A DNA stretch of 20,774 bases from Caecitellus pseudoparvulus (taxonomy: Eukaryota; Protista; Bigyra: Bicosoecida): the NCBI GenBank assembly GCA_965644315.1, contig CBFFRQ010000106.1:1-20774 (forward strand), read 5' to 3'. A model generated the notes under the pieces. It made no database searches. It had not been told where the DNA came from and saw only the letters and a list, made by a program, of their open reading frames with translations. Shown here piece after piece: positions 1 through 10,252 of the stretch (position 1 is the stretch's first letter; each line of letters starts with the position of its first letter). Made by a program: the position numbers and the translations under genes.

Positions 1-153
1 AGCGTCCCAGACACAGTATCCACCACTATCTCGGCAGCGCTTCTCGAGGCCTGTGAGGGGCGTGCCCAGCGCCAGGTCGAATTCCGCTCACACTGCACAT
101 GACATTTGACCAGGGCCAAAACCGGCTCTGGAGGACACAGACGCACTTACCAT
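1..153 (-). CDS. Possible 5' end of a spliced gene running off the left edge (exon 1 = ATG at 153-151, exon 2 from 50 to <1; MASRSAAEIVVDTVSGT...)
   Basis: On the minus strand, ccATG is followed directly by GTAAGT at 150, and a cccctcaCAG acceptor ends at 51. The spliced frame is open to the window edge. An AT-richer, promoter-like region lies upstream (about 155-450). The peptide is too short to identify. Confidence 0.35.
51..150 (-). other. Putative 100-nt spliceosomal GT-AG intron
   Basis: Consensus donor GTAAGT (150-145) and pyrimidine-rich CAG acceptor (53-51) on the minus strand. Confidence 0.4.
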
Positions 154-1515
154 GGAAAGAAGGGGTTTCTTCTTAACTTAATGCCTAACCTGTTCAATTT
201 TCGTGGCAGTTTGATGTGTATTTTCGTTTTGTGAAAATCCATGTGCAAGACTTTCCGCACGGCGGGGCGGGCAGGACGGGCACGCGAATTTTGCAGAGCG
301 GGAGCCCCCTCGAGGTGGAGACGCCCACATGTACACGGTACTCTGCGAGCAGGTTCGATTTCAGACCCCACATATCGGAAACATGAAATAATTTGAACAC
401 ACACCCACATTTTCATTGCCATTTAGTTAATTCGAGACCCTTAAATGTGCCAGACAACGCCTGTGAAGGCGATCAAAACGAAACTCCCACTGAAACTCCG
501 GCGCCAGTTTCAAGCACGCCTCAACCACTCCACAGCAAACCACCCGCCCCATACGGCCCCAAAATCACACCCCACAATCACAGCCAATACCCTCTCCAAC
601 ATTTGTCGCAGAATACGCACTTTTCGCCGACCTAGCCCTACCCAATATTTTACCCAGAATCACGTATGAAACACCCCCCAGGCACACTCAAGAAATCCAA
701 ACACCAACACCTCTCGAACAGCACTCACTTGTCAATGGCGGCAGGATAGGCAGGAGAAAGACCCAATAAAAGCGTACATCCTGCCATGAGCAGGTAGCGA
801 TGAGAATCTGCTCCCCTGCATACGACTTGGTCAGTATGCCGCCAGCGCCACACCTGCTAGCCTTCTTCACAGCAGCGGCGAACTTCCCACGCAACAGCGG
901 CATCAGGGAAGATTTTCAGCCTTCACACTTCAAAGTAGACTATGTATCTATGGTGTTAATCCTCTGGCTTCAAAAACCACCCCCACCTTGGGCCAGCTTC
1001 TCCAGAATTGACGCCGGCAGGCATGGCAAACACAACCGATTTCCGCAGCACGGTTTGCCGCACTGCACGGCCCCCTGGCTGCCTGTCGCTGAGTGACGGC
1101 ACGAATGAGACTTCCTGGTCAAAAATAATATAGAAGGGCTCAGGCTTACGGGTCTAATTCTCTTGCTCCTGCCCCTCTCAGCGCCAGGCTGCACAAAATC
1201 GTTGGTTGCTAAATCACAACCGCAGCGCTTGCCGCTGCAGAGCACTGTTGAAGAAGGCATAGCGTCCCACGGGTGAAATTTTTTTCGCGAGTTCATTGTC
1301 GTCTCACAGCTTGTGGGTGTCTCGCGACTTGATTGTTTGATGAGCTCCAATGGCGCCCAAGCCTCGATATGGGAAGGCACCGTCCTGCCAAGCAAACCTC
1401 CACAAACCTGGCAAGAAATATCGCGGGGCGAAAACTATGCAAGCCACGCTCCTTGGCAGTCTTTTGTCTGGCACATGGAAGCCTTGCCGAGAGGCATTTC
1501 CACACCTCAGTCACT

Positions 1516-4500
1516 TCAGCCAATGGGTTCACTTGGTTCACCGGCATCACTTGAGTCAGAGTCAAACACATCTGGAAACACCGTGATTTTCTCAGCAGTT
1601 GGCGCAGGCACAGGCACGAAGTCGCTACCCACCATCGCATGCACCAGCGGGGAGTCAAGGTACTTCGCGCATTGGTTCAAGTACCGCTCGTTGTCTACAA
1701 GGCCTGTGTTAGTGACGTACAGCATGTGCACCCGCCACTCTGGCTTGCTAACTCCATCCACTGGCTCTGCCGTCACCCTGAGCTTCCTGTACTTGTCAAC
1801 AACGCTGCCCTTCTTGCCGCCAGCTCCTTGCCTAGCACCACTTACACCGCCAACGGATACTTGCTCTGCCTTAACCCGCACGTCTGCCTTCAGCAGTTCT
1901 AACCAGGAGTTCACAACAGACATGCCCCCCTCAGAGCCCTCTTCATCCCCAGCGTCTGATGCGGGCGCGTTTTCGCTGCCGCCAGTGTGCAACAATCTCA
2001 CGTTTCCACCCTTGATAGCCTCGAGGTGTGACCGTTTTGAGAGCGCCACCTGTGCAATGTCGCGCAAGCCAGGGGGCACATCTGAGGGTTTTCCCTTTCC
2101 TGATGCGTGGGCGTACAGGTTGGAGGAAGTTACCTCTACGAACACGGCGTGTTTGACCTCTTTGTCATGATGCACCAGCAAAGCGTCCACGCCAGGGCTG
2201 TTCTTCCACGTCTGGATCACCCATGCATCACCTGCCTTCATGCCGTGCAAGGATGACAACACATCTGCCGGCACCACAGAGCTGTCCAGCGCGAGCTGGC
2301 TTGGGGGAACTTCGCCAACTCGTGGCGCATCCGCCTCCTTCAGTCCCAAGACTCTCATCAGCTGTGACAAACGAGGACCGTTCGTGACCGATGCAGGCGA
2401 CACCACCTTCACCAAGTCCAGGGAGTTCTCGCTCTGAGGGTACTCCATGAGTTGCTTCACATTCTCAGGAAGAAATGCTTGGCCCACCGCCAAAGCACGG
2501 TGTCCGCACGCACCCAACGACAAGAGTGCGACAATGTCGCTCTCAAATTCACTCTCCGTGGAATGAACCCCTCCCAACAGTTTCGACAATCGCTGCCCAT
2601 CCGTCCTCCCATAAGTACGTGACAGCAACACCTGCAGGAGGGCATGCCTTGCGGCCAACGACACAAACACAGCGTTATTTGCCACCTCTTCGTCTGCAAC
2701 ATTAACCCGAGACACCATGGAGGCATTCACCAGCCCATCAAGTGCATCCCCCATGTGCAATCCCCAGGTCGCTGCCGCAATGGTGGACCAGGTAAGCGTC
2801 ACCTCTGTGCTGTTGTCACGAAGCTGTCGCTCGAGGCGCCTCCGGAGCTCACCCGATAGCTTGTAAAAAGTTCGCTGTAGGGCATCTTTGTGCCCCATGC
2901 GCTTCAAATCTTCACAGTACTGCCGAATAAAGCGTGGCACATTGCCAAGGTACTGCAGCATTTCCCACACCTCATGCTCCGTTGGAATCGCAGGCCTGCC
3001 GTCCACTCCAGCGTGCCCTGCGCTTGGCAGCGACAGCTCTGCATCTACCCCACTAAAGAGCACTGCCATCATGGTCTTTGTCGTGGTTGGCCCCAGCTCG
3101 TAGAAAACCTCCGAAAATTGGCTCTTGATCGTTTCCCCTAAAATTGTGTCTGGGGAGCTTGCCAGCACACGCATCGTACCCACTGCTTGATTAAAGCCGG
3201 ACCAATCGCACCAATCTCGAAGCTTCTCTTGCAAAGTTAATGGCTTTGCATCCTTCACCTTTCGGTACAAATTGTTCACCTCATCCACCACAACCAAGCG
3301 GCGACTCTTTCGGGGCCCATGTTGGCTCGCGACACCGAACAACTTGGTCATGGCATTCATGAATACCCTTGGAGGCAGTTCCTGAGGGCCCAGCAGCGGC
3401 CACATGCGGTCATGCAGCACATCGCGGCTCAGATTGTCCCCTGCGCTCGTGCTTAGTCCTTGCAGCAGTGTGTCAACTTCACTGCCAACAAAAGCACCGC
3501 CATCCCGTACATACAGCACGTCAGCCCCAGCGCCCACAGCCGCGATGCTGACCAGCGCTGCCAGAGTGGTGCTCTTCCCGCATCCATGCACCCCTGTCAA
3601 CAAATGACCTGGGCGCTTTGTCTTCAGCGCTTCCGCGCAGCTTGCGAGGAAAGCAATGCGCTCTGGCGTCCACACGATACTCACAGTGCGGACTGCTTCT
3701 CGCGGCAGCTGCTCCAGCGTACCGTCTAGACGGGGCCGCACGGTGCAAATGTGAACAAAGTCTCGTGCGCTTGGCCCATGCGTCAGCGGGAACAAGGACG
3801 GCGCTGCCTCCTCGTCTGCCGCCACGCAGATGCCATACTCTTGCTGGAAGTCTTTCGGCTCGAGAGCTTCGCTGCCCACAGGTGGAAGGAACCTTGTTGC
3901 AAAAGCCACAACCTCCCCGTTTTTGTCAATCACAGGGTTCAATCCAGTGATGTCCATGGCGTGCTGCGACGCGCCTTCGCTTCCTGCTGCACCACCTGCA
4001 TCGCCCGCTCGTCCCACGTGCTCCCTCTGCAGTGCAGCCTTGGCCCTCTCAAACCAATCCAATACTTCCTTCTTTCCTTCCAGCATCGCTTCCCCAAGGC
4101 CAAGCTTCCAACCCAGCACATGCCGCACCGCCTGACGGTGGCCGGTCTCTGGCATGTACTCTTGCCCAGCCGCACTGCCAAGCAGCACTTCCCGCAGCGG
4201 AAACACCGTATTCGAGACACCTGCAGAGGACAGCGCGGAAGCCCACGTGGCCTCGTCTTCGGCTCTCTTCTTCGCGGCAGCCTCCTTCTCCTCTGCTCTC
4301 TTCTTGGCGGCAGCCTCCTTCTCCTCTGCTCTCTTCTTCGCGGCAGCCTCCTTCTCCTCGGCTCTCTTCTTGGCGGCGGCAGCTGCGGCGTCTGCAGCAG
4401 CTACAGCACGCTTCATTTGATCCGAAAGCAGCCCATACAATAGCCGCTGATTACTTTGTGTTTTCACATTGAACATGCCTTGGAGGGAGCTACTGTTGAT

Positions 4501-5115
4501 TTCCTTTGCGGGCACGAACAACAGCTTCTCCATGCCCTGCACCATCTCTCGCGCTGCAGCCTCCCAAGCCTGCTCATCCAAGTCCCGCAGCAAACCTCGC
4601 AGTGCAGGGCAAGCCAGCGCCAGGGCTGTTGCAGTTTCGGGGAAGGACCCCTGCGTCAAACGAAAAGAGAGTGTGGCAGTGCTTGCGAAGACTTGTGAGG
4701 AGTGCGTGACAAAACGCGCAGCACCTACCCGAGGCAGCTCAGGGGGCAGATACCTCACGGCCTCCTCCAATCCAAGATGACCCAGGGTTGCATGAAGACC
4801 TCCAGGCTCACGCACGGCCGGCGTTTTCATCGCCGTAAGCACAATGTCAGGCTCAGGCAGCGTCGCCGTGCTGCTGAAGCGTGCTACTCCCACGCCCGGC
4901 CACGCGCGCCACGCCCTTGTACAAGACGCGTACTCTCGTCGCGGAACACTGCCTGTCATGGCTTCCAGGGCGTGCTCCGCAGAGGAGGTGTACTCAGCAC
5001 AGGCAGTGGGCATGAAAACGCTGCCAGACGAAACGCCACCACGCCAAGCACTGGCGGCGGCACCTCTGAGTGCACTGCCAGCCGTAGCTAGAGCTGAGCG
5101 AGAATTCAAGAGCAT
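1516..5115 (-). CDS. Crinkler/RHS-type (CR) protein: P-loop NTPase plus PD-(D/E)xK restriction-endonuclease-like domain, with presequence-like N-terminus (1199 aa)
   Basis: Uninterrupted ATG-initiated ORF. Walker A LLTGVHGCGKS (GxxGxGKS at 3594-3571), then VLYVRD, Walker B VVVDE (3294-3280), LASSP and GNVPR. C-terminal EFE (2550-2542), NSPGVDAL and VFVEVTSSNLYAH (2202-2107) match the E...PxxD...(E/Q)xT...H pattern of CR-type REase domains. Confidence 0.7.
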   Translation of the reverse strand: MLLNSRSALATAGSALRGAAASAWRGGVSSGSVFMPTACAEYTSSAEHALEAMTGSVPRREYASCTRAWRAWPGVGVARFSSTATLPEPDIVLTAMKTPAVREPGGLHATLGHLGLEEAVRYLPPELPRVGAARFVTHSSQVFASTATLSFRLTQGSFPETATALALACPALRGLLRDLDEQAWEAAAREMVQGMEKLLFVPAKEINSSSLQGMFNVKTQSNQRLLYGLLSDQMKRAVAAADAAAAAAKKRAEEKEAAAKKRAEEKEAAAKKRAEEKEAAAKKRAEDEATWASALSSAGVSNTVFPLREVLLGSAAGQEYMPETGHRQAVRHVLGWKLGLGEAMLEGKKEVLDWFERAKAALQREHVGRAGDAGGAAGSEGASQHAMDITGLNPVIDKNGEVVAFATRFLPPVGSEALEPKDFQQEYGICVAADEEAAPSLFPLTHGPSARDFVHICTVRPRLDGTLEQLPREAVRTVSIVWTPERIAFLASCAEALKTKRPGHLLTGVHGCGKSTTLAALVSIAAVGAGADVLYVRDGGAFVGSEVDTLLQGLSTSAGDNLSRDVLHDRMWPLLGPQELPPRVFMNAMTKLFGVASQHGPRKSRRLVVVDEVNNLYRKVKDAKPLTLQEKLRDWCDWSGFNQAVGTMRVLASSPDTILGETIKSQFSEVFYELGPTTTKTMMAVLFSGVDAELSLPSAGHAGVDGRPAIPTEHEVWEMLQYLGNVPRFIRQYCEDLKRMGHKDALQRTFYKLSGELRRRLERQLRDNSTEVTLTWSTIAAATWGLHMGDALDGLVNASMVSRVNVADEEVANNAVFVSLAARHALLQVLLSRTYGRTDGQRLSKLLGGVHSTESEFESDIVALLSLGACGHRALAVGQAFLPENVKQLMEYPQSENSLDLVKVVSPASVTNGPRLSQLMRVLGLKEADAPRVGEVPPSQLALDSSVVPADVLSSLHGMKAGDAWVIQTWKNSPGVDALLVHHDKEVKHAVFVEVTSSNLYAHASGKGKPSDVPPGLRDIAQVALSKRSHLEAIKGGNVRLLHTGGSENAPASDAGDEEGSEGGMSVVNSWLELLKADVRVKAEQVSVGGVSGARQGAGGKKGSVVDKYRKLRVTAEPVDGVSKPEWRVHMLYVTNTGLVDNERYLNQCAKYLDSPLVHAMVGSDFVPVPAPTAEKITVFPDVFDSDSSDAGEPSEPIG
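4252..4380 (-). repeat. In-frame 33-bp tandem repeat, about 4 copies, encoding (AAAKKRAEEKE)n
   Basis: gctctcttctt recurs at 4262, 4295, 4328 and 4361. The units are nearly identical. Confidence 0.95.
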
Positions 5116-5866
5116 ATTTCAGAATGTATGGCAGACCAGTTGTGTTGGGCGCACCGGCGCTCGACGGGAACTTGGAGTCGGTGTTGGCTTGTGCTGACAC
5201 CTGCGCCCCAGCACTTCGCAGAACTTGCACAGCTCTTCGAAGCGCAGGGCTGAGCTTGCCTGCGTCACTTGAGGGTCGAGCTAGTTACGTTTTGCTATGA
5301 CGTAGAAAGTGCAAGTAGCTCTTGGTGAGAAAAGTGTGCAAATGCGCAAACTGCCTCCGTGCCAGGAGCTTGTGAAACGACGTTTCATGCTCGAAACGCT
5401 GATGCCAGCTCCACCCCCCGGCACACACCACACTATGCTTAGCGGTCATACTTGGCCTGAGAGACTCCCCGCCGTGTCAAGGTTCCGAAAAATGCCATCA
5501 ATCTCCGTTCCAGCCCCTCTTCCCTTGCATACTGCGCACCCCCCTCCGACATCGCAAGAGCACTGTGTGAGAGAGAGACAGGTTGGTGTGGATTTCACAC
5601 CCTGAACTTGCTCATGCGACACCAGTGACAACACACCCCAGCGGCGACCCGCAGCACGGTCATAACGAACACCTTTAAAACGCAGCACGACACTCACCGG
5701 GTTTTGTGTCAAGGAATTCCCAACACCACCTTGACTTGGCCAGCGTCGGATCTGCGAAGAATGGCAGCGCTTGAAAGAGCAAGCTCCTGGTTCGTGCCAC
5801 ACAACAGGCAGCACAACAGTGCATGGGTGGAAAGAGGTACACATCCATACGTGCTCTGCGCACTCT

Positions 5867-7194
5867 TCATGGCATCCAGCGGCTCCCACCAGCGCTGGAG
5901 CAGGGGTGGTATTGAGCTTGTTTGGAGGAGGCATTGCTCGTCGCGTTCAACACGAAGCCCGGCCCACACTGGCATACGCCGCCGCCGTGCGTGAAGTCGG
6001 GCACAAATGCAACATTGGGGTCGGCACAGGCACACGTGCTGCGCCCCGCAGGATCCCCGATCCCGAACGCCGTCAGCAACAGGGCCTGTGCACTCGTGCC
6101 AGACAGGGAAGGCAGCGTCTCGTCACAAGCAAAGCCGTCCGAGGAGGCGACGCTGGCGTGCCCCGCCATGTTCGTGGCGCACATACTGTTGTACACGGTG
6201 CTCCCAGGGGCCAGCATCAGGCCTGTCGCAGCCCATGCCGTGCGCTGCGCCACGACTGTCCAGGGCATGACGTCGTCTAGCCCTGCCGCGCTGCCCAGCG
6301 CGACCTCGTACGTTGCGATGCCAGAGGGGTCCACGAAGGAGTCCCAGTTCGCAGCCGCCTGACTGCAGTCGGCGGAAAAGTCCACGTCGCCGCCCAGTCG
6401 AGCGCCATCGCGCACAACGCCGGCAGTGGGCCCACCTGTGGCCAAGGGTGCAGGGCGCCCCACTGTTCGACGTGCCAAACCGGCTGCGTTGGTCGCCTTG
6501 GCCCTGCAGGCCAAGAACTTGCCTTCAGGGAGGGGGTCCGGCACCCCACTGCCCCCGGGGCTGAAGGTGGCTTGGGCCTCACCTGGTCCCAGGGACAGCA
6601 CATTGGACGGCGGCACGATGGAGCCGGTCCCAGCCGCCGTCACCTCCACCAGCTCCACGCCAATGCCCACCACTGGTGCCTGGACGTCCTGCACGCCTGT
6701 CCACCCACACGTGACCTGTGCTGCATCGCTCAGCAGGGACATCTCGTTGCCAGTGGCGTCCAGGAAGTGCACGCTGCCGATGTCTGGCGGGGTGATGTCC
6801 ACGACGACGGGCTTGGAGAACACTGTGTGCGGGCCAACTTCGTTGGTGTCGATCACGGACATGTAGTACTTGGTGCCAGTGACCAGGTACAGGCCACTCC
6901 AGGTGGCAGCTGGGCCGGCGAGGGGTGCAGAATACCCCTGCACCTGCTCTCCATAAGGCGACGTGCCAAGGGCGGCCGAGTAGGCAACATCGCCCTCTGC
7001 GTCCAGGAACGGCTCCCAGGACAGGGCCAAGGCGCTGGTGGAGGGCGCACAGTACACGCCATCCAGGAGCTGTCCATCTGTCACTGCCGCTGTGTCGTAA
7101 AAGGTCGCAGCTGTCTCGTCTGGGGTGAAGGATGTGTGCTCCGCGCCCAACAGCGCTCCGTCCTCGTCATACGCAACGACTGTCGCGCGGAACT
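5867..7194 (-). pseudogene. Fragment (exon or pseudogene) of a fibronectin-type-III-like repeat / Cys-rich cell-surface protein
   Basis: About three FN3-like units (W-x-x-F-x-D...Y...LGT/S...L-x-L-x-x-G-x-x-Y...TN-x-x-G; DITPPDIG; PTAGVVRDG; SSDG), followed by CACAD...CQCGPGF. The ORF-track start at 7504 is GTG and the first 100 aa look non-coding. A CTGAC...CAG acceptor-like site lies at 7207-7195. Recognisable sequence ends near 5935 with no TM segment. Confidence 0.55.
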
Positions 7195-7708
7195 CTGTCC
7201 CAGTCAGCAAACTAGGGCCACAGGAGCTGGCCTGTCTGGCAGTGTCCACAAACATCAGCAAGAGCACCGCTGCGCCGCTTAAGCTGCTTGCGATGGACCA
7301 TGTTGACGTGAAACACTTTACGCTCTCTGTGGGATTTTGTTTTGTTTCCGCAGGATTTGGCCGATATCGTGTGCTGGATACAATCCAATGGATACCCTTC
7401 AAGTCATCCTGCCCAAAGCATGCCTGTAGGTTGTGCTGCCCCCGCCAGAGAGCGCTGCACAGGGCTGGTGTGGCGTTTCGCTTTGCTTCACCACGACAAT
7501 CCACGAGGCCTGCGATATCTCTGCATTGGGCTGCACTCTACCGACTCTGAAAAGCTGGGAGGTCCATACCCTACAGGTGATTTGATGAAGCTTTGAATTG
7601 TTCTGCAAGTCTCTCATACCACGCGTCTAGCCTCGGGGTCCTGGCTGGCCTGTGTGTCGATGAAACTCCCTTCGTCCAGTCGCAGAGCCGGTGGCCCTGC
7701 TCCAGCCC

Positions 7709-9925
7709 TCAGCATCGCGCACGCTTGGCACTCGGCGAACTGAGACCATGGTGCCTTGCTCGCTTCTCCTGTTGGGCAAACTGCTCTTCTTCTCGCTGCA
7801 CCTTGCTGGCCACTCGCTCGACTTGGCCGACAGTGGCGTGAGCGGCTGAGGCGATGCGGGACGCTGCTGTCTTGGGGCTGTACCTGGCAGTCTTGGCCTC
7901 CTGCGCCTCCCGCTCCTCGATGAGCAGTCGGCGAATGTCTAGCTCAACCTCTGGCGTGACAGACGAGCTGGCCTTGTGGTACAGGGGCAGGCCACAGGCC
8001 TTGGCTTCCTCGAATGTGGTCGGTGCAGGCGTATCCAGGCAGCTCTGCAAGGCTGCTGACAGGGCACCTCGAGCAAAGCCACCGACTTCACCAGTCAGTA
8101 CAGAGCAAAGCTGCAGGGTGGCTGCGGTGTCATGAGACTTGCTGTGTGTCTCTTCTTGCCGGCAGTCATCGCTTGCAGACTTTGACAGCAACTTGGCAGC
8201 AATGGCCTGGTTCTTCTCCAGCCAGTACAGCGCGAGGTTCTTGTCGGCGATATCCGGGCGAGTGGATGTGCCCGCTGACACCATGTGCCGCATGCCTGAG
8301 TGCAGGCTCTCATTGCCCCCGGTGGTGGTGGCGCCGTGCACCGCGTCACGCCAACCCAGCAAGCCTTGGAGCCCCACATCGTTCTGCAATGACGCCTTGA
8401 CCTGAGCGCGAGTGGCGGGGAAGGAGGACTTGGGATCCAGGATGCCGCGTGTGATGCGGCCTTGCACGGCTGTGCCTGCGCCACCCTGCGATGGAGGCAC
8501 CCACACCTGGCGAAACAGGCTTGCAGTTCGTTCCAGTGACGCTGAGGCCTGTTTGTGAGTGCAGGGTCCAATGTGGAGGGGAAGGATGGGCACCCCGCCT
8601 GGGTGCAGCCCAGCCTGAGTTGGTGTGAAGTGATCTCCTTGGCCCCGATGGAGTAGCATGCCTGCTGAAGTGGCACAGGCAGCAGCCAGAGCGAGGGGGG
8701 CGTGCTTGCGAAGGCTCGCAGCTGCCCCAGCTGCACGCCCTGGCCCGTACAGAGCCCACCCATAGACTGTGAGGAATTCTTGGACTTGTGTCTTTTGGGA
8801 GTCAGAAAGGGACTTGCGTCGCAAGATGCGGCAGGCGCAGTCGATGAAGGCTTGGATGTCGGCGGGTTTAGGAACGTTCAAGGCAGCTCGTTGCCGAGCG
8901 ATGGCTTCCCCTGGCGGGAGCAACTTGGGAGACATCACGCCCAGTGCAGGCGTCCGGATCCACTCCACTGTATCAAACCACAGCCTGATGAAGAGTGGGC
9001 CATCTTGGTGCAAGGCTCGCTTGGCAGTGGCCTTGGCCACGCGTCTGGCAAAGTGCCACGGGTCCACCGCGAACCGCACCACGCCTTTCGGCAGAAGTGG
9101 GAAGTGCACGTCGATGATTGCCCGCAGGGCGTGCTGGTGGGTTCTGAGGTTGTCCATTGTGATGACGCTGGGGTGGGACGCCGCCGGGCCGCGCTCCCGC
9201 AGGTGTCCCTTCAGCCTGTGCAGTAAGGAGTCCAGGACCCAGGCCAAGTTTGCCGCGCTCTCGTAGCCCGTGAACATAGGAGGCTGCAGGATGAAGCCGT
9301 ACCGGCCCACAACCGTGGCTATGCTGGGAGCCACTCGCCACCGAGTCTTGCCTGAGGCCCGCATGGCCCGGCCTCCGCTGCCCGCACAGGCTCTCTCCTC
9401 TGCACCCTCGTCGCTGTCGCTGCCGCTGTCTGCTTCCCCGTCCGGCTCATCTTCAGGCGCTTCCTCGTCCAGCTCGTGCTGTGGGCTCGCTGGCACAGCT
9501 CTGGCCCTGCGCAGTGGCTGTGGGCCCGCGACGTGCACCCGGGCCGAAGATGCAAAGGTCCAGTCCACGCTGATGGTGTCAGCGAAGCGTGTGAGGGCCT
9601 GCAGGTACCCCTCCACATGCGGCTTGACAGCGGCATGGTAGATGTGCAGGATGGCATCCCGCAGAGCCTTCACACTTGTGCTGGATCGCACCATGCTCAC
9701 AACATGCTTCCTGGCTCGGCGCACGGCTTGGGCCAGCGCATGTTGCACCTCAGGGCATTCGCCGAGAGAGGAGTGCTTTCTGAACAGCGTCTCTTTCCAG
9801 GAGTCCACCTTGTCCTCGAAGGGCCGCATGAGGTCTCGCCAGAAGGCTGCCTGAACCTCGACAATGCCTTCGCGGACATGCGCGACGTAGCACTCCCACA
9901 GGCGAATGGCACACAAGGTGCGCAT
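7709..9925 (-). mobile_element. DDE/D transposase-like ORF (738 aa) with DxxH motif; Mutator/ISL3-like group; element ends not found
   Basis: Motifs in the expected order: ISVDWTF (D121, 9565-9563), IATVV strand, VITMDN (D258, 9154-9152), VDPWHF (D288xxH291, 9064-9053), a long helical insertion, then TTTGGNESLH (E539, 8311-8309). The frame stays open upstream of the ATG to 10042. Confidence 0.7.
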
Positions 9926-10252
9926 AGTGAGACGTGTCAGAGGGCGAGGTGGTTTGCTTTCGACATGGGGTGCAGGCAGCGTGTGGGAGACTGCGCTGGC
10001 AGGGGTGATGTTGACGCCATGCCTGGCAGGATCATGGATGAATCAGCTTCTGTAGGGCTGGAGGCAGATTGGTGAGTGGAGAGTCACCTAATCATGCTTT
10101 CATGAGACGTGAAGATTGCGCCCTGGCTGGAGAATTCCTTGCAGTGGTGTGTGGACGGGCCTTTCTCTTAGCGTTCCAAGCCCGGGAAATTGGCTTTCGT
10201 TTGGTGTGGCGCGCAAACTCGCTGCTGGAGAAGTTCTCGGTACTCTTCTGAG

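Noticed and set aside
491-512. Small hairpin TGAAACT-N8-AGTTTCA within a C/A-skewed intergenic stretch
   Set aside because: A 7-bp stem is expected by chance, and there is no adjacent Helitron-type CTRR end or matching element boundary.
150-1500. Short ORFs in the left intergenic region
   Set aside because: No motifs, overlapping in all frames, and lower-GC composition consistent with UTR or promoter sequence.
3280-3640. Mitoribosomal mS29/DAP3 as the identity of the 1199-aa protein
   Set aside because: The P-loop context and presequence are reminiscent, but the protein is far longer and has a nuclease-like C-terminal motif set. Not fully excluded without a profile search.
5446-6035. Cys-containing minus-strand ORFs downstream of the FN3-like fragment
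   Set aside because: No recognisable domain pattern, so I cannot show they continue the gene.
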